Positions 1 through 15,208 of a stretch of DNA of 64,000 nucleotides are shown one piece after another. Source of the DNA: Octopus vulgaris (lineage: Eukaryota); assembly GCA_951406725.2 (NCBI GenBank), contig OX597821.1:67394001-67458000 (forward strand). Reading direction: 5' to 3'. The position numbers and the translations under genes are program-made. The notes beneath the pieces are model-generated. The model was not told the DNA's origin, did not search any database, and saw only the letters and a program-made list of their open reading frames with translations. Each line of letters begins with the position of its first letter. The stretch's first letter is position 1.

Positions 1-1191
1 ATATATATATATGTATATGTATGAAGGTATGAATATAAGTGTATGCATGCACGCTTGCATGTATGTATGTATGTTTTTATGTACGTATATATGTATGTAC
101 ATATATATGTATTTCATGCACGCACGTATGTAAATACGCATTTATGTATTCACAACATAAATCCAATTTATAATGAAACTTAACCTACTGCTGAGTTGAC
201 CTTCCCGCACTTAGACATCATCCATCCTCTTGTAACAATAGGTAATGAAGAATCCTTATAAATTCTCCCTTTAAATAATATATTCATGCATATTTCTACA
301 ATATTATTGGAAATAAAATCCTTAGCAAATTACATGCTTCTTAAGATGGGAATAACCATCTCAATTAATAGCTATTGAATCTCAGTAACATCACTTCCAA
401 AACAATCATTTAATATTATTATATTGAAATATTAAATAGGGATAATTATGCATGTATATAATAATACTAAATAATTATCCGTACGATCAGTAATCTTTTT
501 CATGATTCTGTGGCATCAAAATCAACGCATTACGCACATTTTTTTTTTATTTTTAATCGTAGATGTAAACAGTCTCGTTAAAATTTGGATGTCTTAAATC
601 CTAGTCATTCCGTTTTTCTTTTCTTTTTACTTTGGATTCATTCATAACATCATTTGTAATATTACTTGACTAATTCCAATCCCAATATTAAATTAAAAGG
701 CATTCATTCATTATTTACTTATACGTACCAAGTCACTTGCGCTGCATCTATTCGAGTAACATACCTTTCAACGGTCTAAATTTCAGAGAAACGAAATTAC
801 CTGGAAGGCTATAGTTGTTTATGTACACTAGTGAACTTAGCTGATACTTTATTTGAACGACTCAAGAATAATGAAAGACGGGATTAAATTCGGCAGCGTT
901 TTAGCTTGTTTTAAACTGCCGCGATTAAACATCACATAAAAATTTTGTTCGATACACCGTACATTAGCTGTCTAATATTATAAAACACTACGGACCTACG
1001 AACATACTAAGACTCCAGAAATTCCCAAAGCAATAAATATGAAGACATCATTTTGTATATATTCCATCCATCAAATTTATTTTTAATTCTTAAATTTTGG
1101 TAAGATTTTTATAACATTTTCGCTTTCTTCTTAAGCTGTTTGCTGTGGCTCTTCGAGGTGAGTTATCAGCCTGCTGCTGTTGCTGAGTTTC

Positions 1192-1420
1192 TTATTTCTT
1201 TACTGCCAAAGGTCTACACACAGAGGGAATAAACAAAGACAGACAAACGGATTAAGTCGATTATATCCACCCCAATGCATAACTGGTACTTATTTAATCG
1301 ACCCCGAAAGGATTAATGACAAAGTCGACCTCGGCGGAATTTGAACTCAGAACGTAGCGGCAACGAAATCCCACTAAGCATTTCGCCCGGCGTGCTAACG
1401 TTTCTGCCAGCTCACCGCCT
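1192..1420 (-). mobile_element. SINE family A copy
   Basis: Aligns to 59605-59822. Confidence 0.88.
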
Positions 1421-1433
1421 TGCTATTGCTGCT

Positions 1434-1842
1434 TTCTTCTTCTTTTCTTCTTCTTCTTCTTCTTCTTCTTCTTCTTCTTCTTCTTCTTCTTCTTCTTCTT
1501 CTTCTTCTTCTTCTTCTTCTTCTTCTTCTTCTTCCAATTAGGACTCACGCCATTAGCCACAAAGAATAATCTCTAATTCGAGCCTACTCTAAGCTAAGAA
1601 TGCGTGTGGCAACTTGAAGATCCACCCACCACACGTGATAGACTGGCGATTGTACGGCCGCGAAAGCTACGTTGTTATCCTCATTCCGTAAACAGTGGAT
1701 TTTAACGGGTGGAGAGTTGAACCGCCGAGGCCTCGTAGAGCTCAGGTGTTTTTGTTCAATAAACACTCCCGGTCTGGGAATCGAAATCGCGTTCTTACGA
1801 CCGCGAGTCACCTGCCCTAAACATTGGGCCATTAGTCCTCCA
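1434..1842 (-). mobile_element. tRNA-derived SINE (family C head, tail 4 ending in long (GAA)n)
   Basis: 1725-1842 is the reverse complement of the family C head. Unique body, then ..gtcctaattgg(aag)n. Confidence 0.75.
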
Positions 1843-2837
1843 CAGCCTGCTGCAGTTGCCACCGCTGCCTCTTCAGGGGTTGTTGTTGCTGATATTCCTG
1901 CTCATGCTGTGCTACTGTTCTGGTGTTGTTCTGGTCTTTTAGAACCAACGTAGACTATGTAGGCAAGATTTTACGATAAAAACATATCCACCATATTACT
2001 TTCAAAGCATATCTTTTAAAACAGGTTAATGCGATAAATTATCAAATGTTCCGCATTAAAACAATACAGTAGGGTTTGATTACGCTGCTACTGTATCTAA
2101 CAAGTCAAGTAACCACGAACAGAATATCTCGTCGGCTCATTGTCATCATTATTGCTATATTTTGTCTCTTTAATTATAGTTACAAAATATGATATTTTGT
2201 TATAAGACTGCTTAAATATTCACCACCAATATCCGATTAGTTAATTAGTTACTTGTTTAACTATAAAATAAGAAGTGAAATAGAACCAGTGGATGTGTTT
2301 CTGTTAACACAATGAACGTCCCAAGATAAAAAAAAATTGTTTTAGAAAAATGAAATATATTTTCAGAATGGAGACAATTTATAGATACCAAAAAATAAAT
2401 AAACAATATTATATAATACGAATCTATTATTATAAACAGCGAACTGGCGCTCAAGGCAGCCACTGTGATGTGTACTAATGTCTCGTTCAACATCGCTGAT
2501 TGCTTACTGACCAACAATTCTGAAACTTCTTCGACTTTTCCGGAAAGTTTGTTAAAGATTAAAGGACCTAATTCTTCATTCGGTTCCAAAAATACTACAA
2601 TTTCTGTTTGCAACAGAATTATGCAAAGGAATTAGAGGAACACAATTAAATGTTATTTATTAAGCGTGAAGAATGGAGATGACTGGAACCAGAATATGGT
2701 ACACTATGGCGCTATGAACAATTTCTTATTTTTGTTGAGTGTTTTTTTTTTATTTTCTACATTCTTTTATTCATTCTTTTGTTAGACACCCATATCGAAA
2801 TAGTTTTATTGCTGTCCACTGCATATGTAATAGTTCT

Positions 2838-2953
<116 letters not shown>

Positions 2954-3077
2954 ACATATACACATACACATATATATATCATATATATCAGTAAAAGCAC
3001 GTATGTGTATATAAATATGAATATATACACACAAATGCTGTCTATTGTCTACAGCGTGTGTAAGAATTATATATATG

Positions 3078-3157
<80 letters not shown>

Positions 3158-3243
3158 GCATATGTATATATATATATATGTATATATGAATATATTTATA
3201 TATATACATGCATATATATAATATATGTATATATATACACATA

Positions 3244-3279
<36 letters not shown>

Positions 3280-3514
3280 TACATACATACTTACACAGAC
3301 GTTTCCATACTTAAAAGCACATTCGTACACATATGCAGTCTGTGTGATTATGAAAGAAACAAACAAAAAGAGAGATAAAAGAAATTGGGGGTAGATGCGT
3401 CTGTGAGCGCGCGCGTATGTGTGTATATGTGTGCGTGTAAGTGTGTGAGTGTGTGGTTGTGTGTGTATGTCTGTCGGTATGTATGCATTTACGTACATTC
3501 TTGCATTTCTGCAG

Positions 3515-3630
3515 ATAAGTTGAACAAACTTGAGTCAATGTATCGTAGAAAACGTTACGCTTCAGTTCCAGAGATATCTGCAAATGAAGACAGAATGGAA
3601 ATAGATGAAAAGACAGACGAAGAAGAAAAA
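3515..3630 (+). CDS. Candidate internal exon of unknown host gene (DKLNKLESMYRRKRYASVPEISANEDRMEIDEKTDEEEK)
   Basis: Acceptor ttcttgcatttctgcag, donor AAA/gttaga. Non-repetitive, purine-rich, protein-like island between microsatellites. Confidence 0.4.
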
Positions 3631-3669
3631 GTTAGATGCAGTGGGTGGTTAAAAGATGCACACATATAT

Positions 3670-3702
<33 letters not shown>

Positions 3703-3738
3703 TATACAAATATATGTGAGTGTGTGTATGCACGTATG

Positions 3739-3781
<43 letters not shown>

Positions 3782-3806
3782 GAATTTGTGAGTATGCATG
3801 TACATA

Positions 3807-3860
<54 letters not shown>

Positions 3861-3925
3861 AAGTATAGAAGCCATCTTAACATGGCTAACCACATGGGGG
3901 AGGGGTTGTTACTGTAGCTTTATAG

Positions 3926-3972
<47 letters not shown>

Positions 3973-4256
3973 TATGTTGAGAGAGGGGAGATATAATAAA
4001 TTGGAAAGGAAGCGATAATAATACTGGGAGAAATGCCTGTGGGGTGTGGGAGGAGGTAGAGAATAAGAGAAGAAGAATGAGCAGTTGAAACAGGCCGTGG
4101 TTCCAAACGAGAGAAACAGATACTTTTAAGCTTATATCTTTCAAATATGCAGTCATACACATTCATGTTTACATATACACACAAACATATACACGTTGAT
4201 ATCTGAACTTGTGCGTGTATGTTGTGACATACGCATATACGTCAGGAAAGCCTCGT

Positions 4257-4315
<59 letters not shown>

Positions 4316-4350
4316 TATATACATATATATATATATGTATATATATATAC

Positions 4351-4382
<32 letters not shown>

Positions 4383-4389
4383 GTGTGTA

Positions 4390-4432
<43 letters not shown>

Positions 4433-6946
4433 TGTAAAATTCAAATAAGCATACACAATCTTGTAGATATCTATAGCGTTCCACTCAGAAGCAGACGCAC
4501 CCGCACACGTATATATTTGCTGTATACGGGGGTACATGTGTGTATGTGTGTGTTTGTATGTGTGGGGTGTAGCCCTAAACGTATATTTAAGATAAATCAT
4601 AGCTCTAAGTCTTATAGTTGACTTAATTTGCATTTACTTTGATGTAGAGAAGACAAAGCTCTTATGCTTCCACACGATCAACAACCACACATCAATTTAT
4701 ATTACGTGTGTATATGTGTGTGCGCGTTCATAACTATACATAAACGTACGCACACACACACACATATGCAGACAAACGTATGTATACGTAGGAAAAAATA
4801 ATATACAATTGACCTAGGTCTTTCAAATCTTCCGCTGCCCACTATAGCTTATGTCTACCATGCCAAGATTTCTCTGTGGGTTAGTCAACCAAGAGCGAAT
4901 TCCCGACAAGGAAAGGAAACGATATTTTCTTTCTCTACTTGTAATGTTTATCTTAACATAACTGTTTTATTACGACTGTAATTTCAACAGATTATGTATT
5001 ATTTTTAGTTCATTAAATTAAGTATATTAATCCCTGCTTAAACTCATTCTATTTATACTAGCAAACTTCAGGATTATGTTACATAATATGTTCCATACAC
5101 TCCCCCTTGTACGTCTGTAAATGATGCAACGCTTGTCTTATCGTTAACCTTCGGTATTCTGGCATCATCTACGTATTAAATTGATAATTAAATGAGAAGG
5201 ATACCTTCTAACAGTTGCTGAACTTTCTGGAAATAAGAGCGAATTCTCCATCAAATCACACATTTCTGTATTATGTAGAGATTTTCACATTGTGCAATGC
5301 ATCCTTTCATACACATTTCCTGAATGCAAGATGGAGTGGTCATAATTAGAACGACTTTGATCACATATCTGCTGAATCATAGCTAATTTACAGGTAAAGA
5401 ACTAAAATAATATCATACTATATTGACATCTTGAGACAAATGTGCTTTGATTCCAGAAGCATAGGGTTCTCATATAGCTGTCACAAACAGCATGACAAAC
5501 TAGACTCCTTCTACAGCTCCAAGGCACATTTCCAAATATCAAGGATACTGGGTATCACCACACATTAATTACAAAGCAAAATTAATTAATGATAAGGCTC
5601 AGAGATTATACAAGAACTACGTCTTCTAATTTTACAACAATCTCTCTGAGCAGTCGTAGATTCTCAAAACTCAATTCCAGATCTTGGCTTCGAGTTTTGT
5701 CAAAAGGCCAGCAATTTTGGGGAAGGGGTTAGTCGATTTCATCGTTACACAGAGCTGGTACTTATTTTATCGACCCCGAAAGGATGAAAGACAAAGTCGA
5801 CCTCGGTGGAATTTGCATTCAGAACATAAAGACGGACGAAATGCCGCTAAACATTTTCCCCAGCCTTGCTCAATCACAAATATTAACATACCTTTTTGGT
5901 CACCTTAAAATAAAACAGGTATGACAAAACGCAGATCATTTACAAAGATTAAGGGGGTTGCAATTAAAGTATATTTCATTTACACAGCAGTGTATCTTCT
6001 ATACTGTTTAGTCATACAGCGATAATCACAAGTTCATGTGATTAACTAGAAATCACTAACATTTCTGTACTTTCAAAAAGAGTTCTTCAAACAGCTTAAA
6101 TTCCTCTGCAATAGCAGTTTGTGTATCATCACACAGACACTCATGCTCCTCTTTCTATTACACACCTACAAAGCTTCATTCTTTATATCCTTCATAACCA
6201 ATAAAATCTTCCTTCTTCCGCAGCTCTACTTGAGGTCTCGTATTATCGACATTTTCCTGACAAAAGCATAGACTTTCAAACTAAACATTAACAGTGTTTC
6301 AGTTTATAGTTATGAGGCTTTCGTTAGTATGTGTTGCTGTTATTTCAACGAAATTCAGCGATGGACAATGCTGATAATAGTCAGGCTTGAAAACAGGAGA
6401 TATATTAGACAGGCTTGAAACAGGAGAGATATTTGATGTTTGGCTCTGTTCTTTGATTAACGTACATAAATCATCCTGTATGTTTATTTTGGAGAAATAG
6501 CAATCTTACTTCCTTAGAGTTTTCTTCGTTGGCCTGTACACATGGGTGAGCAGCGAAATTCAATTGCCTTGCCATTGAAAATTTGTAAATATATTGAACA
6601 AATCAAGCATAGGTATAGCAGAAATAAACCCAGTGCAATTTTTCAATGCATTTATATTATTAACAATATATTTTTTAATGAATACAGTTGTATTCTGTAG
6701 TGGGAGTAGATATTTAGATGTACAGACAAGAAACATAGCAGCCCGCGGCGAGGCGGAAATTTGTTTTATTAAATATGCACAAATGCTCACTCGCGAAAAA
6801 GTCGTACCTTTTTAAGCCTTTGCCTAATTAATAATAGGAAATATGCAATAATTGTTCAAGGTGTTAGCAAAAAATATAGCTAGAAATAAGGATATCTTGA
6901 AGGGACATGATTAAGTTAAGGTTTCTACGAAGGGTATAGTGTTACG

Positions 6947-7334
6947 AGTGGAGGCGCAATGGCCCAGTGGTTAGGGCAGCGGACTCGCGGTCGTAGGATC
7001 GCGGTTTCGATTCCCAGACCGGGTGTTGTGAGTGTTTATTGAGCGAAAACACCTAAAGCTCCACGAGGCTCCGGCAGGGATGGTGGTAATCTCTGCTGTA
7101 CTCTTTCACCACAACTTTCTCTCACTCTTACTTCCTGTTTCTGTTGTATCTGTATTTCAAAGGGCCGGCCTTGTCACTCTCTGTGTCACGCTGAAGATCC
7201 CCGAGAACTACGTTAAGGGTACGCGTGTCTGTGGAGTGCTCAGCCACTTACACGTTAATTTCAGGAGCAGGCTGTTCCGTTGATTCGGTTCAACCGGAAC
7301 CCTCGTCGTCGTAACCGACGGAGTGCTTCCATCC
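6947..7334 (+). mobile_element. Full-length tRNA-derived SINE (family C, tail 1) with 11 bp TSD
   Basis: A-box TGGCCCAGTGG and B-box GGTTTCGATTCC. TSD ATAGTGTTACG at 6936-6946 and 7335-7345. Confidence 0.92.
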
Positions 7335-7559
7335 ATAGTGTTACGTCTCTGACAATGAAGTAAAATTTGAAATGGGAGATTAGCTGTTGGTTATAGTGAT
7401 GATGGAGATAGTGACGATGATGCTGTAGATGACTGATTAAAATGGAATTGATTTTGTTAATATGGCGGCGACGCTATTTGCAGGTAAAAAGGTGAGACAC
7501 TGGCATGACTGTGATGCTGGTGTATATAATGAGGATAGCGTTGGAAGTGATGCTGCTGC

Positions 7560-7920
7560 TGAATATAATGAAGATAGCGTTGGAAGTGATGATGATGGTG
7601 GTGGTGGTGGTTTTGGGTGGTGGTGTTGGTGGTGATGGTTGTGGCGGTTTTGAGTGGTGGTGGTGGTGGTGGTGTAGGTGGTGGTGGTTTTGGGTGGTGG
7701 TATTGGTGGTGATGGTTGTGGCGGTTTTGAGTGGTGGTGGTGGTGGTGGTGGTGGTGGCGGTAGTGGTGTAGGTGGTGGTAGTTTCAGGTGGTGGTCGTC
7801 GTCGTCGTGGTTTTGGGTGGTGGTGGTCGTCGTGGTCGTCGTGGTGGCGGCGGCGCTGGTGGTGCTGGTGGTGCTGGTAGTAATGGTAGTGATTGAGTTG
7901 ATGGTGGTGATTGCTGATTG
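7560..7920. repeat. (GGT)n-rich low-complexity tract with an ~80 bp internal duplication
   Basis: ggttttgggtggtggtrttggtggtgatggttgtggcggttttgagtggt occurs twice. Confidence 0.9.
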
Positions 7921-8336
7921 AGTTAAGGCGGTGACAGTGGATGTAGATGATCATAATGAATATGCTGAAGACGAACACGAAGATAGTGATTATGGTGAAA
8001 GCATTGATAGTAATGATAGTAATGCTAATTCGTACGGGGGGAAAATGACAGATGGCTATGTGCAGACCTTTCTCAAGTTCCAAGTGTTATGCATACAAAA
8101 TTTCATGCAACTGTCACGGTTTTAGGGGGTTGTCAGCAATGAAGGATATGTAAGATTTCTGATGAAACTACAGGAGTATTTGAAAGCGCTAATATGAAGA
8201 AATAATATGTGATATGTAAATAAATATATATTTTTACAACCATCCAGCATTCTCAACACCTTTTTTCTTTCATATGTATTAAATCTGTACATCATCCCCA
8301 ATACTTCTAACATATACATATATATATATATATATA

Positions 8337-8546
8337 AAGTTAATCCAAACAAGAGAACAAAAACAACAACGCGAGGATGTGGAACAAATAAAGTATTATT
8401 GGGCGCTCAGGAAAGAAGGGAAGAAGGAGGGTATGACGTTTCGAGCGGAGCTCTTCGTCGGAAACATAGGAGAAAGAAAGATCCCGAGGTGGGAGGACAG
8501 AGGGAGAAAATGCAAGTGGTCTTCACGAGGTCACATACTGAAAATT
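8337..8546 (-). mobile_element. Short PLE-type 3' terminus with hammerhead motif (8431-8465), in (TA)n
   Basis: Minus strand GTTT-CCGACGA-A-GAGC(TCC)GCTC-GAAA-CG-TC-ATAC. Same family as 14992-15208. Confidence 0.7.
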
Positions 8547-8549
8547 TTG

Positions 8550-8595
<46 letters not shown>

Positions 8596-8708
8596 AAATG
8601 GGACAAGAACGCAAAACATCCACATAGACGAAAAAAAGACAAGAACGGGTCATTCGAAGCTTTCTATCCTCAGTCAAGAACCGGATCATCCTCGGAATTT
8701 CAGCTGAT

Positions 8709-8772
<64 letters not shown>

Positions 8773-9375
8773 ATGTGTTTATGTGTCTGTGTGTGTTTTT
8801 GTGCCTGTGTTTGCACCCCACCGCCATAGAAGCATGAAGTGGCACATGCCGTTGGCTTTTGAAAGCTTTTGAATGTTGTGATTGGTGTATTCACCTGGTG
8901 GAAAAAGGTTTCTTCTAATATTGTAACGTCTCCGTTAATCCATTAAAAATTCATTGGAAACGGTTGTAGTGCATTGACATGTTATCCATCTGTTATTAGA
9001 AGAAGCTGGTCGTACATGTCTGTGTGAGTGTATCTTTGTGTCTGTATGTTTGTGTATGTGCGTGTTCATGTGCGTGTGTGTTTGTGTCCGTATGTTTGTG
9101 TGCGTGTGTGTGTGTGCATCTGTAGGCGCACGAGCAAGTATTTTTATCTGTGATTGTCCTCCATGAACGCTTGACAACCGGTGGTGATGTGTTTACGATC
9201 CCGTAAATTAGCGATTCGGCAAAAGTCTTCGATAGATAAGTCCAGGTTTAAAAATAAATAAATATGGCATTCGATTCATTTGACTAAGATATCATAGCCG
9301 TGCCCCAGCATGGACACATTCTAATGACTGAAATAAGCAAGGGAATAAATGAACATATATACATAAACGTGCGTT

Positions 9376-9423
<48 letters not shown>

Positions 9424-9469
9424 TATATGTATATATATATATACATATATATATACATATATATATAAT

Positions 9470-9518
<49 letters not shown>

Positions 9519-9574
9519 CTATGTATATATACTTATATATACATATATAGGTATATATGTATGTATATGTATAT

Positions 9575-9614
<40 letters not shown>

Positions 9615-11033
9615 GTATATACATATATATATAGATAGATAGATATGTATGCGGGTATATGTGTATCTCTCTGTGTGTGTGTGTGTGTGTAAGTGTGTGT
9701 ATTGTAAAGTTATGGTGCTCTTTTTTAACTTTCGGCTTACTAAATTTCTTTGTTCCTTGATATACAAATATATTAGTTGTTTACCATAAAAACAATGCAT
9801 AAAAGATATACTGAATCAAAAACTACAAAACATTTCCCTAACGAAACATATACAAAGTTACGTGGAAACATTCAATTTTCGCTTAATTGTCTCAACAAAA
9901 TAAATATCCGCAACTTTTCATTACTGCAGTAAAAGATATTTATTACTCACCGCCTGATTAAACTAAATCTCAAATCCTTGGAGGTCAGCTAAAAACGTTT
10001 AACGATCCAATCTGGCGAAGATTTCAATATAAATCATAACTCCATTGCACTTGCGTATTAATTTGATTATAATTGTGGGAACAATATCTATCAGGGTTTC
10101 TATCCAATTCTTCCGCTTATCCATCATAGAATTATCTCTTAAATATATCCTGTCTCTCTTTTGTACAGCGCACGCGCACACGCACACATACACACACACA
10201 CACACATTCACACACACATCCCAAAATACAAAAGCACACGCAAAGAGGCAAGCATCTTTGCAGATTTCTACTTGCAATCTGACACATGGGTATCCAAGTC
10301 TGATGAATATATGTATACATATACATATATCCACACACACACACGCATATATACATATATACTCCTTTACTCCTTTACTTGTTTCAGTCATGTGACTGTG
10401 GCCATACTGGAGCACCGCCTTTTAGTCGAGCAAATATCACATTCCTGTACCAAAATCCTATGCACTTTTATACGTTAAGATTAGGGTTAGTAATATAAGT
10501 TAGAAAATAACCTTAATTACTACTAAAGTAGTTTTTCCCATAGTTTTCACTTCTTCTTTTTTTTATATGAAATTTATAATAAAGCAGGCAACGATAAATG
10601 GCAGGAGATTGTTTGGCGCTATCTTTTTCAGATACGTATGAAAATTATATGGGGTAAAGTGTGGAGCGATGCAAGTTAAATATCCACTAAAATAAGTCGA
10701 ATATCATCATTATAGGATTAGCTGGTGTTGGTAACCTGGATATATATATCGACATGTATATACAAATCACTATTGTATGAATATTCGAGCAGTTGATGCT
10801 AAAAACGTTTGAGTGTATGTGTGTGTGTGTGTGTGTCTGTGTCTGTGGGTGTGTTTGTGGAAATGATACAGGTGTGTATATATTGCAGAATACGAAGAAT
10901 ATAATTAATTATGTCTGTATATATTGGATACAGATTTTATCATTAATATCTCTAACCATGCTTCTATTTATCTACCTTTCTCAGTAAATGTTTTTGCATA
11001 CATGCACACATACTTATATACACACACACATAT

Positions 11034-11069
<36 letters not shown>

Positions 11070-11915
11070 CAATATGGATATGGATATATATGTAATATAT
11101 ATGTAATATATATATATATATAAACAAAAACGTACATGCGTATATAAGGGTATATTGTGTGCGACCAGATATGAGTAGACGCGCGTATATGCGTGTATGT
11201 TTGTTCGCAAAACTTTTAATATACATGCAATAAACACCATAATCTCGTAAAATCTAAATTGAGAATTACGATGTACATCAGTTTGAATGTTTATTACTAT
11301 CAAACTACATTTTAAATTCTCTCCGTTTTCTGATTATTATACAATAATCTTTTTACATACCTTCTCTAATTGTTATATTTTAATTCTTTTCTATTAAGTG
11401 TATACCTAGTATTTGATATTAAAAAACACCTGCAACACTTAATGGATTATATAAATAGTTAAAAATATTTTTATAGCATACGAACTCTCGGTAATAATTA
11501 TAAAATATACTTTGAAACATGTATGTAACGCATTTTTAATAAAACTTTGAGTTTTTAAAACATCTTCCCCAAAATTTACGTTCGTGCGTGCGCGCGTAGC
11601 ACATGTGTGATGGGGTTGTGGTGGAGCGAGCGTGTGTGGTTATAGGTGCAGATACTGTTGTGTAATAAAGATGTTCGGTTTCCAGTGACGAATCAATGCT
11701 GAATATTTTCACCGACTGTCATTTGACATACGATATATATATACATATATATATATATATACGGTAGGGGTGGTTTCAATTTTTTATAAGCCCAGTAAAA
11801 GAACTCCGGATGTAAGGTCTTCAACCATGCCTTTCGCGATATCCTTAAAGCCAGGAACTTTTCAGCATCTCCTCATGTGTGTGTGTATATGTGTGTGTGC
11901 GTATGTGTGTGTGTG

Positions 11916-11976
<61 letters not shown>

Positions 11977-12099
11977 CTTTTACTGTTTATCGAGAGCCAT
12001 TTTGAAAGTATTATTATATGTATAATTTGCTCCTCCTGTATGTCTGTATTTTTAGAAGAGAAGACCATGTAATAATTGAAGAAGAAGAAAGATCAGTAT

Positions 12100-12967
12100 C
12101 TTTCATGAACTTGTGTTTGTTTATAATATGACAATAATTAGTGAGTTGTATGTGTTATTTTATTTGTCTATACAGTAATGCCGATGATACAATATTTTTA
12201 TAAGAAAAAAGCATATAATGATTGAACTAGGTAAAGGATAATTTTATACATGAAGTTCTGTTTGTTTATTACATGATAATATTAAGTAAGGTGTATGGAT
12301 TATTTTATTTATCAATACAGTAATGACAGTTGTATAATACAGTTCATTGCAATAAGATATTTGCTCATTCTTGAATGTAATGATAGTTCTGGTAAATGAA
12401 GTTGTTGAAGTATTCATGTTGCATTAAGAATGAATATTTCTTTTTGAACAATGCTATTTGTTTTATTTCGGAATACATAAGCTTTTACTACATAGAGTGA
12501 AAATGTTTGTGTCAATGAAGTTTGTGCACAATTAATATTGTACCGTTACATAATTTTGATTGAGACAGAAATGTATTAGGAATCCCTTTTTTTTTAATTG
12601 AAGACAGTAAGGAGCTGTACCTGCTGGTTGTGGTGAGTTAAAGAATTCGATTGGGTAGTTGACGCTATCCATATAGTCAACACTGTTAGTTGAGTTATAA
12701 GTGAAGACTTCTGGAAGCTTATTGAATAGTATATTATTGAGGAACATTTTGTTGGAGCCAGGATAACTCTGTCACAAATTCAATCTGTATTGTTAGAAAA
12801 TTAGGAAAAGTTTCATACATGAAATCATCGACAGAATCAGTGGAATTGCATATTGCGTTGCGTGTAAGAAACTGTTCTTCATCAATTGGAACTCTCCCTT
12901 CACTGAATTTCAAAAGCTGCTCTGCTAATAGTTCAGCTGATTGATTTCTTGAAAGCGTCGATTTCAT
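12100..12967 (-). pseudogene. Helitron Rep/helicase (PIF1-like) C-terminal remnant plus downstream sequence, copy 1
   Basis: AELLAEQLLKFSEGRVP and YPIEFFNSPQPAGTAPYCLQLKK resemble the Helitron helicase consensus YPxEFLNSLxPxGxPPHxLxLK. Frameshifted. Confidence 0.8.
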
Positions 12968-12999
12968 ATAATAATTGGAGTAGAAAACAGATGAATTTC

Positions 13000-13730
13000 A
13001 TATATGAACTTGTGTTGGTTTATTATATTACAATAGTGAATTTTATTTTTTTAATTATATTTATCAATATAGTAATGGCAATTGTATAATACAGTTCATT
13101 GAAATAGGTTATTTAGTCATTCTTGAATGTAATGCTAGAAATGGGAAATTAAGTTACTGAAGTATTCATATTGCTTTAAGAATGAATATTTCTTTATAAA
13201 CAATGTGTTCTTTTTTTTGTTTCATTTTGAGGTGCATAAGTAAAAATATTTGTTTTTGCTCTCACACGTGAGGCTCGTACATAAAGTTGGCCATGCGAAA
13301 AGCATGGTTTTTGAAGTTGGAATCCAGCAATTTTTAGTGTCTGGCTCTGACGTTCATTAATGTTCATGGCAAAAGAAACTCGGATAGGAAACTGTAACAA
13401 CCAGTGAAAATATATGCCTCAATGCAGTTCCTCATAAGTTTGTGCACAATCAATCTTGTACTGTTGCATAATTTTGGTTGCCACATATCACGCTATAGCA
13501 TAAAAGGAGTCCCTTTTTTCAGTTGAAGGTAATGATGAGCTATAGCTGGTGGTTCTAGTGAGTTCAGAAATTCGATGGGGTAGTAAACACTATACTAATA
13601 ATCAACAACACTGTCAATTGAGCTATAAGTGAATTTTTTTTTCCCCGGAAGCTTTCAATAGTTTATTATTAATGCAGAATTTTTTGGAGCCAGGGCAGCT
13701 GGCTCACAGATCCAATTTGTATTGTTGTAA
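13000..13730 (-). pseudogene. Helitron helicase C-terminal remnant, copy 2
   Basis: LQFPIRVSFAMNINERQSQTLKIAGFQLQKPCFSHGQLYVRASRV matches PIF1-family motifs V/VI (QFP..AFAMTINKSQGQTL..CFSHGQLYVAxSRV). The downstream 200 bp is shared with 12250-12450. Confidence 0.88.
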
Positions 13731-14213
13731 CTATGAAGTTTAGGAAAGATGTGCGTGTGTGTGTTCTTTTAGTGAGGGAAAGAGAGGGAAGAAGAGAGAC
13801 AAAGAAAGAAAGGAGGAGAGAAAGAAAGAGAGAGAGAAAGGGAGGCAGGAAGAGAGGAAGAGAGAGATAAAGAAAGAGAGCGAAAGAAAGAGAGGGGAAT
13901 AGATAGATAGAGGGGAAAAAATTCATAGAGAGATGGTGCCTGGTTATAGTTTCACTTTGTGGGACAAACATAGAGACAAAATGTTTTTGAAGTAGCATGG
14001 CATAGAGACAGTCAGGCAGACAGACAAAGAATATAGAGTGGGAGAGAGAATAAAGGAGACATAGAAAGAAAATCATAGAGAGATGGCGTCTGGTTTTAGT
14101 TTCACTTTGTGGGACAAACAGACAGACAGAATCTCTCTTTCATATATGTGTTATGTGTGTGTATATATATATGTATGTATGTTTCTATTTATGTATGTAT
14201 GTATGTATGTATG

Positions 14214-14991
<778 letters not shown>

Positions 14992-14995
<4 letters not shown>

Positions 14996-15208
14996 AATCC
15001 AAACAAGAACAAACAAGAAAAAACAACAACGCGAGGACGTGGAACAAGTACTGTGTTATTGGACGCTCAGGAAAGGAAAGAAAAGAAAGAGGATTTCACG
15101 TTTCGAGCGGAGCTCTTCATCAGAAATATAGAAAAAGTCCAAAGAAGGGAAGACGGAGAAAGAAAATCCCCCAACAACACACGTGGTCACATACTGAAAT
15201 GACCGGAA
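14992..15208 (-). mobile_element. Short PLE-type 3' terminus with hammerhead motif (15093-15127), abutting (TA)n
   Basis: Minus strand ATTT-CTGATGA-A-GAGC(TCC)GCTC-GAAA-CG-TG-AAAT. Homologous to 8337-8546. Confidence 0.75.

Noticed and set aside
2257-2634. Non-repetitive ORF-like region open on both strands
   Set aside because: No recognisable domain or convincing splice pair.
5864-5918. Candidate exon (LAQSQILTYLFGHLKIKQ)
   Set aside because: Its acceptor derives from a decayed SINE end and it does not resolve the phase conflict upstream.
6950-7025. tRNA gene
   Set aside because: The tRNA-like head continues into a SINE body with a TSD and has multiple diverged copies.
7457-8083. His/Pro/Thr-rich 208 aa ORF and overlapping Val/Gly-rich ORF
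   Set aside because: Product of (GGT)n low complexity, open on both strands.
10478-10492. Telomeric TTAGGG repeat
   Set aside because: Fewer than two full units, so not an array.
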